DNA of 63,638 nucleotides, counting the filler, from Nemertoderma westbladi (taxonomy: Eukaryota; Animalia; Xenacoelomorpha): NCBI GenBank assembly GCA_032718475.1. It is 3 parts of 3 records of this genome, joined end to end, with 100 filler letters (N's around TTAATTAATTAA, not from the genome) between each part and the next. Parts side by side here need not be neighbours in the genome. Positions count along the whole stretch, not along the records: positions 55,384 to 63,638 come from JAUCBJ010003568.1; 2 more parts are not named here. The stretch is one strand, 5' to 3'. A model generated the notes under the pieces. It was not told the origin of the DNA, did no database searches, and was given only the letters and a program-made list of their open reading frames with translations. A program made the position numbers and the translations under genes. Position 1 is the first letter of the stretch; every line of letters begins with the position of its first letter. Positions 60,257-63,638 of this stretch are shown here, one piece after another.

Positions 60257-61010
60257 TCTACTGTATCAGAAACAGACAGCAGTCCGATAAACGGATCTAC
60301 ATACTGTATCAGAAACAGACATCAGTCCGGTAAACGGAACTACTGTATCAGAAACAGACAGCAGTCTGGTAAACGGATCTACTGTATCAGAAACAGACAT
60401 CAGTCCGGTAAACGGATCTACTGTAATATAAACATACATCAGTCCGGTAAACGGATCTACTGTATCAGAATCAGACAGCAGTCCGGTAAACAGATCTACT
60501 GTATCAGAAACAGACATCAGTCCGATAAACGGATCTACTGTATCAGAAACAGACAGCAGTCTGGTAAACGGATCTACTGTATCAGAAACAGACATCAGTC
60601 CGGTAAACGGATATACTGTAATATAAACATACAGCAGTCCGGTAAACGGATCTACTGTATCAGAAACAGACAGCAGTCCGGTAAACGGATCTACTGTATC
60701 AGAAACAGACAGCAGTCTGGTAAACGGATCTACTGTATCAGGAACAGACAGCAGTCCAGTACAAAGATCTACTGTATCGGAAACAGACAGCAGTCCGGTA
60801 AACTGATCTACTGTATCAGGAACAGACAGCAGTCCGGTAAACGGATCTACTGTATCAGAAACAGACAGCAGTCTGGTAAACGGATCTACTGTATCCGAAA
60901 CAGACAGCAGTCCGGTAAACGGATCTACTGTATCAGAAACAGACAGCAGTCCGGTAAACGGATCTACTGTATCAGAAACAGACAACAGTCCGGTAAGTTG
61001 ATTTATTGTA
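60257..61010. repeat. 39-bp minisatellite, ~19 copies
   Basis: Unit TCTACTGTATCAGAAACAGACAGCAGTCCGGTAAACGGA. Confidence 0.95.
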
Positions 61011-61270
61011 TGTAGCAAAAACGGTTGTGACATTCTGATCTATAAATTGATGAACTATAAGTATAAATCAAATAGTGGATGGGAATATTCGACAGTGACG
61101 CAAGGAAACACAAATACTGATCATGGATTTCGCAGCTATTGATATTATTGTGACGATGCATATTTTATGCATGGCGACACTGCCCAACATGCTTCATGCT
61201 ATATGAAATATATTATTTATCCTAAACAACACTTCCCTACTACAAGCCAGTATAATATGTGACAAGGTTT

Positions 61271-62040
61271 TAACCCTATTAAACCCGGGGGAGTCAATAT
61301 GACCCTCCCGTGGTTTTTTATTATAATTCTGAAACAAACGCAGTTGGGAATTTTAAATTTTATGACTTTTCCTAAAAATCTATTGTCTTCCTAGTAGTGA
61401 AAACCGTTTTCAATATTATTGGGTAGTTTTCGAGTTATAGCACCATTTTTTAACCCTACATTTGGCACTTTTTTTGAGACGTTTTTTGAAAATTACATTT
61501 CATTAAATATGAATTGTAACATCTCTATTTTTGATTTACACCGGATGGAATTCATATAAATTGATTTAGAAATTTCAAACTTGTTTTTTTCGGCGGGTGC
61601 CAAATTTTGGTGCCAGCACCAAATTTTGAAATATGTCAATTTTGTAAGTTGTTTGTTTGAAACTTGTTTTTTACGCAATTGAGGTATTTTTGGTTCTGGT
61701 TTCGATGAAATATATACGAGTTGCACCAAGCGTGTCAAAGTTGTATTTTTCGGTGCTGTGTGCAAATTTTGGTGCTAGCACGAAATTTTGAAAATCCATT
61801 CAATAGATAAAATTGCTTGTGACAATTTATTTCTTGCGTTTTAGAGGTTTATGGCTGTTCTGAATTCAATGGAATATATAATTATCTAACTAGATATCTC
61901 AAACTTGTATTTTTAGGAAGTGGGTGCAAAATGTGGTGCTAGCACCAAATTTTGAAAACTTGTGTCACCTTTTTTCTTGCGTTATACGGGTTTGTGAGGG
62001 TTCTGAATTCAATGGAATCAGTAAAAATTTCATAAAAATT
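61271..62040. mobile_element. Possible piggyBac-like non-autonomous element (left end only)
   Basis: TTAA|CCCT start followed by palindrome CGGGGGAGTCA-ATA-TGACCCTCCCG and internal GGTGCTAGCACC repeats; no matching right end found. Confidence 0.35.
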
Positions 62041-62469
62041 GGGCTGAACCGACACACCTTTTGGCTATGGGAGAGTGTTAGCCAATGAGGTGAGCTTATT
62101 GAAGGAACAGCCAATTAGAAGCCCAGAAATACTTCCATAGGCTGAAACGACACCCCAATTGGAAATATGCGTACCGTAGCTGTGTTAATCTGAAATGTCA
62201 TTCCCATAGGCCAGCAGACCTTACTGTTAATATTAACCCGCTTGAAGGGAAACGAACTTAGATCCAACTACCAATACATTGCAACGAATTAGCTATTAAT
62301 TGGCAAATTATAGTTTGTTGGTGAGTCACTTATTGCAACTACTTTGAGTGTATACAGTATGACTTATTTGCATTAGATCATTATAAGTAATTTTATTTAT
62401 ATGCTTAATTTGACACAGTACAATATACTTTAATATCGATAGAACGTGGCCAACGCACAGTACACGTGG

Positions 62470-62710
62470 GATCTAAGTTCGCTTCTCATCTAGCATGTGC
62501 TACGGAATTCGTATAAATTGGTATCTAAGTTCACCTAAGATCTAAGTTCGCTTAGTTTTCGCGTGCGATCTAATTTCACCTAGTTAGGATCTTAGTTCAC
62601 CTGGTTAGTATCTAAGATCACCTAGTTAGAATCTAAGTTCGCCCAGATAGGACCTAAGTTCTCAAAGATCTAAGTTCATCAAAGTCAGGCATTGCAGGAT
62701 CTAAGTTCGT
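62470..62710 (+). repeat. Short interspersed ATCTAAGTTC repeats upstream of TMEM17
   Basis: About nine imperfect copies in 240 bp. Confidence 0.7.
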
Positions 62711-63170
62711 TTTATTACCCATATATTATAGGCAGGTAGGTGTGTAAGTGTAAGTACAGAATTGCAGAAGTATAGCTGACAGAGTACTGTACTTCTGTAC
62801 TTTCGGAGGAAGTAGCGTAGCAGTAGGCCTATAGCTGTATTCTCCTACTGCCTTAGTCAGTTAGAGTGGTTATATTACAGTACTGCAGTATGACAGGTAT
62901 GAGACAGTGAGATAATAGCTTGATTAATCTGTTAATAGAGATTAATAGGTCGAAAACGTTTACTACCGGTACTGTATCTTTAATTAATATAATATAACCA
63001 GCCAGCCAGCTAAAGAAAGACCCGCAATACTTTATTTTATTTTTATCATCCATACACCTGTGGTACACTGCCTTATAATGTAGGCCTATACCAAGCTACC
63101 AATGACCAAGCAGATATATATTCAGCCGAGAGAGCAGCCTAGATAATCAAATACCGGTACCGTACTGTTA

Positions 63171-63638
63171 ATGGATACGCCGACGGAGTTGACTAAACGC
63201 GCCCTAACCACTTTAACAGATAAAATGTTCCAGAACCACAGAGAAGTCGAACTGTGTAAACGAGAGAAACGACTAGTTGCCTACGCATTGGCTTCTAGTC
63301 TACCGCTGCAAATGCTTCTTTATTTCAACGTCTATTTTTCCCCTTGTTGGGCCGTCACTATTGCGGTTTGTTTGTCCATAAAGTTTGCCGATCTCGATAT
63401 AGTTTGGCAGTTTGCTCTTATCGCGATGTACTCGTTCATGGCTGTTCTCGAGGTTATCCGTTTGTTCCTCGGTTACTCAGGCAACCTACAGGAACGTGTT
63501 CCCGAACTAGCGGGGTTTTGGCTACTTTCAACGGTTCTTCAGTTACCATTAAACCTCATTGTAGTCGCTCTTCCTCAACTCAGAATCCTTCCGTTGGAGC
63601 GCTCGGTATCTCTGGTCCTACTCACATTCATTACCTTG
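63171..63638 (+). CDS. TMEM17: Transmembrane protein 17 (ciliary transition-zone MKS module), 5' part; runs off the window
   Basis: Manual translation: MDTPTELTKR...ASSLPLQMLLYFNVYFSPCW...LEVIRLFLGYSGNLQERVPELAGFWLLSTVLQLPL; missing from the ORF track because no stop lies in the window. Confidence 0.92.
   Translation, partial: MDTPTELTKRALTTLTDKMFQNHREVELCKREKRLVAYALASSLPLQMLLYFNVYFSPCWAVTIAVCLSIKFADLDIVWQFALIAMYSFMAVLEVIRLFLGYSGNLQERVPELAGFWLLSTVLQLPLNLIVVALPQLRILPLERSVSLVLLTFITL

Noticed and set aside
60224-61033. 263-aa and 255-aa repetitive ORFs on both strands
   Set aside because: Open only because the 39-bp unit is a multiple of three; no unique coding flanks.

Overview
Animal (invertebrate-like) genomic DNA in three contigs joined by artificial N...TTAATTAATTAA...N linkers (30189-30288, 55284-55383). 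Contig 1 is a transposon nest. It holds a MITE, an orphan pseudo-ORF, an EnSpm/CMC DNA transposon (damaged transposase plus a spliced DUF4806-like gene), a LINE fragment, a second BEL/Pao polyprotein (23778-29753), and a non-autonomous BEL/Pao LTR retrotransposon (4225-15401, minus strand, TGTT...AACA ends, ATTTC TSD) that has lost RT, RNase H and the integrase core. Contig 2 carries about 17 minus-strand exons of a ryanodine receptor gene. Its introns hold a Foldback/MULE element, two large minisatellites (one is about 130 copies of an exon/5'-splice-site junction) and LINE/SINE relics; an intronless orphan ORF lies just beyond the first visible exon. Contig 3 has a decayed LINE interrupted by a palindromic hAT-like MITE, a 39-bp satellite and the start of TMEM17. 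The best candidate for a new system is the first BEL/Pao element. It carries an extra DEDDy 3'-5' exonuclease ORF followed by a zinc-knuckle ORF. Its LTR is an array of 6-7 structured modules (predicted k-turn plus cUUCGg hairpin), and the spacers contain 24-32-nt sequences matching sites inside the element's own gag and exonuclease genes. All family calls come from motif recognition by eye; no database searches were run.
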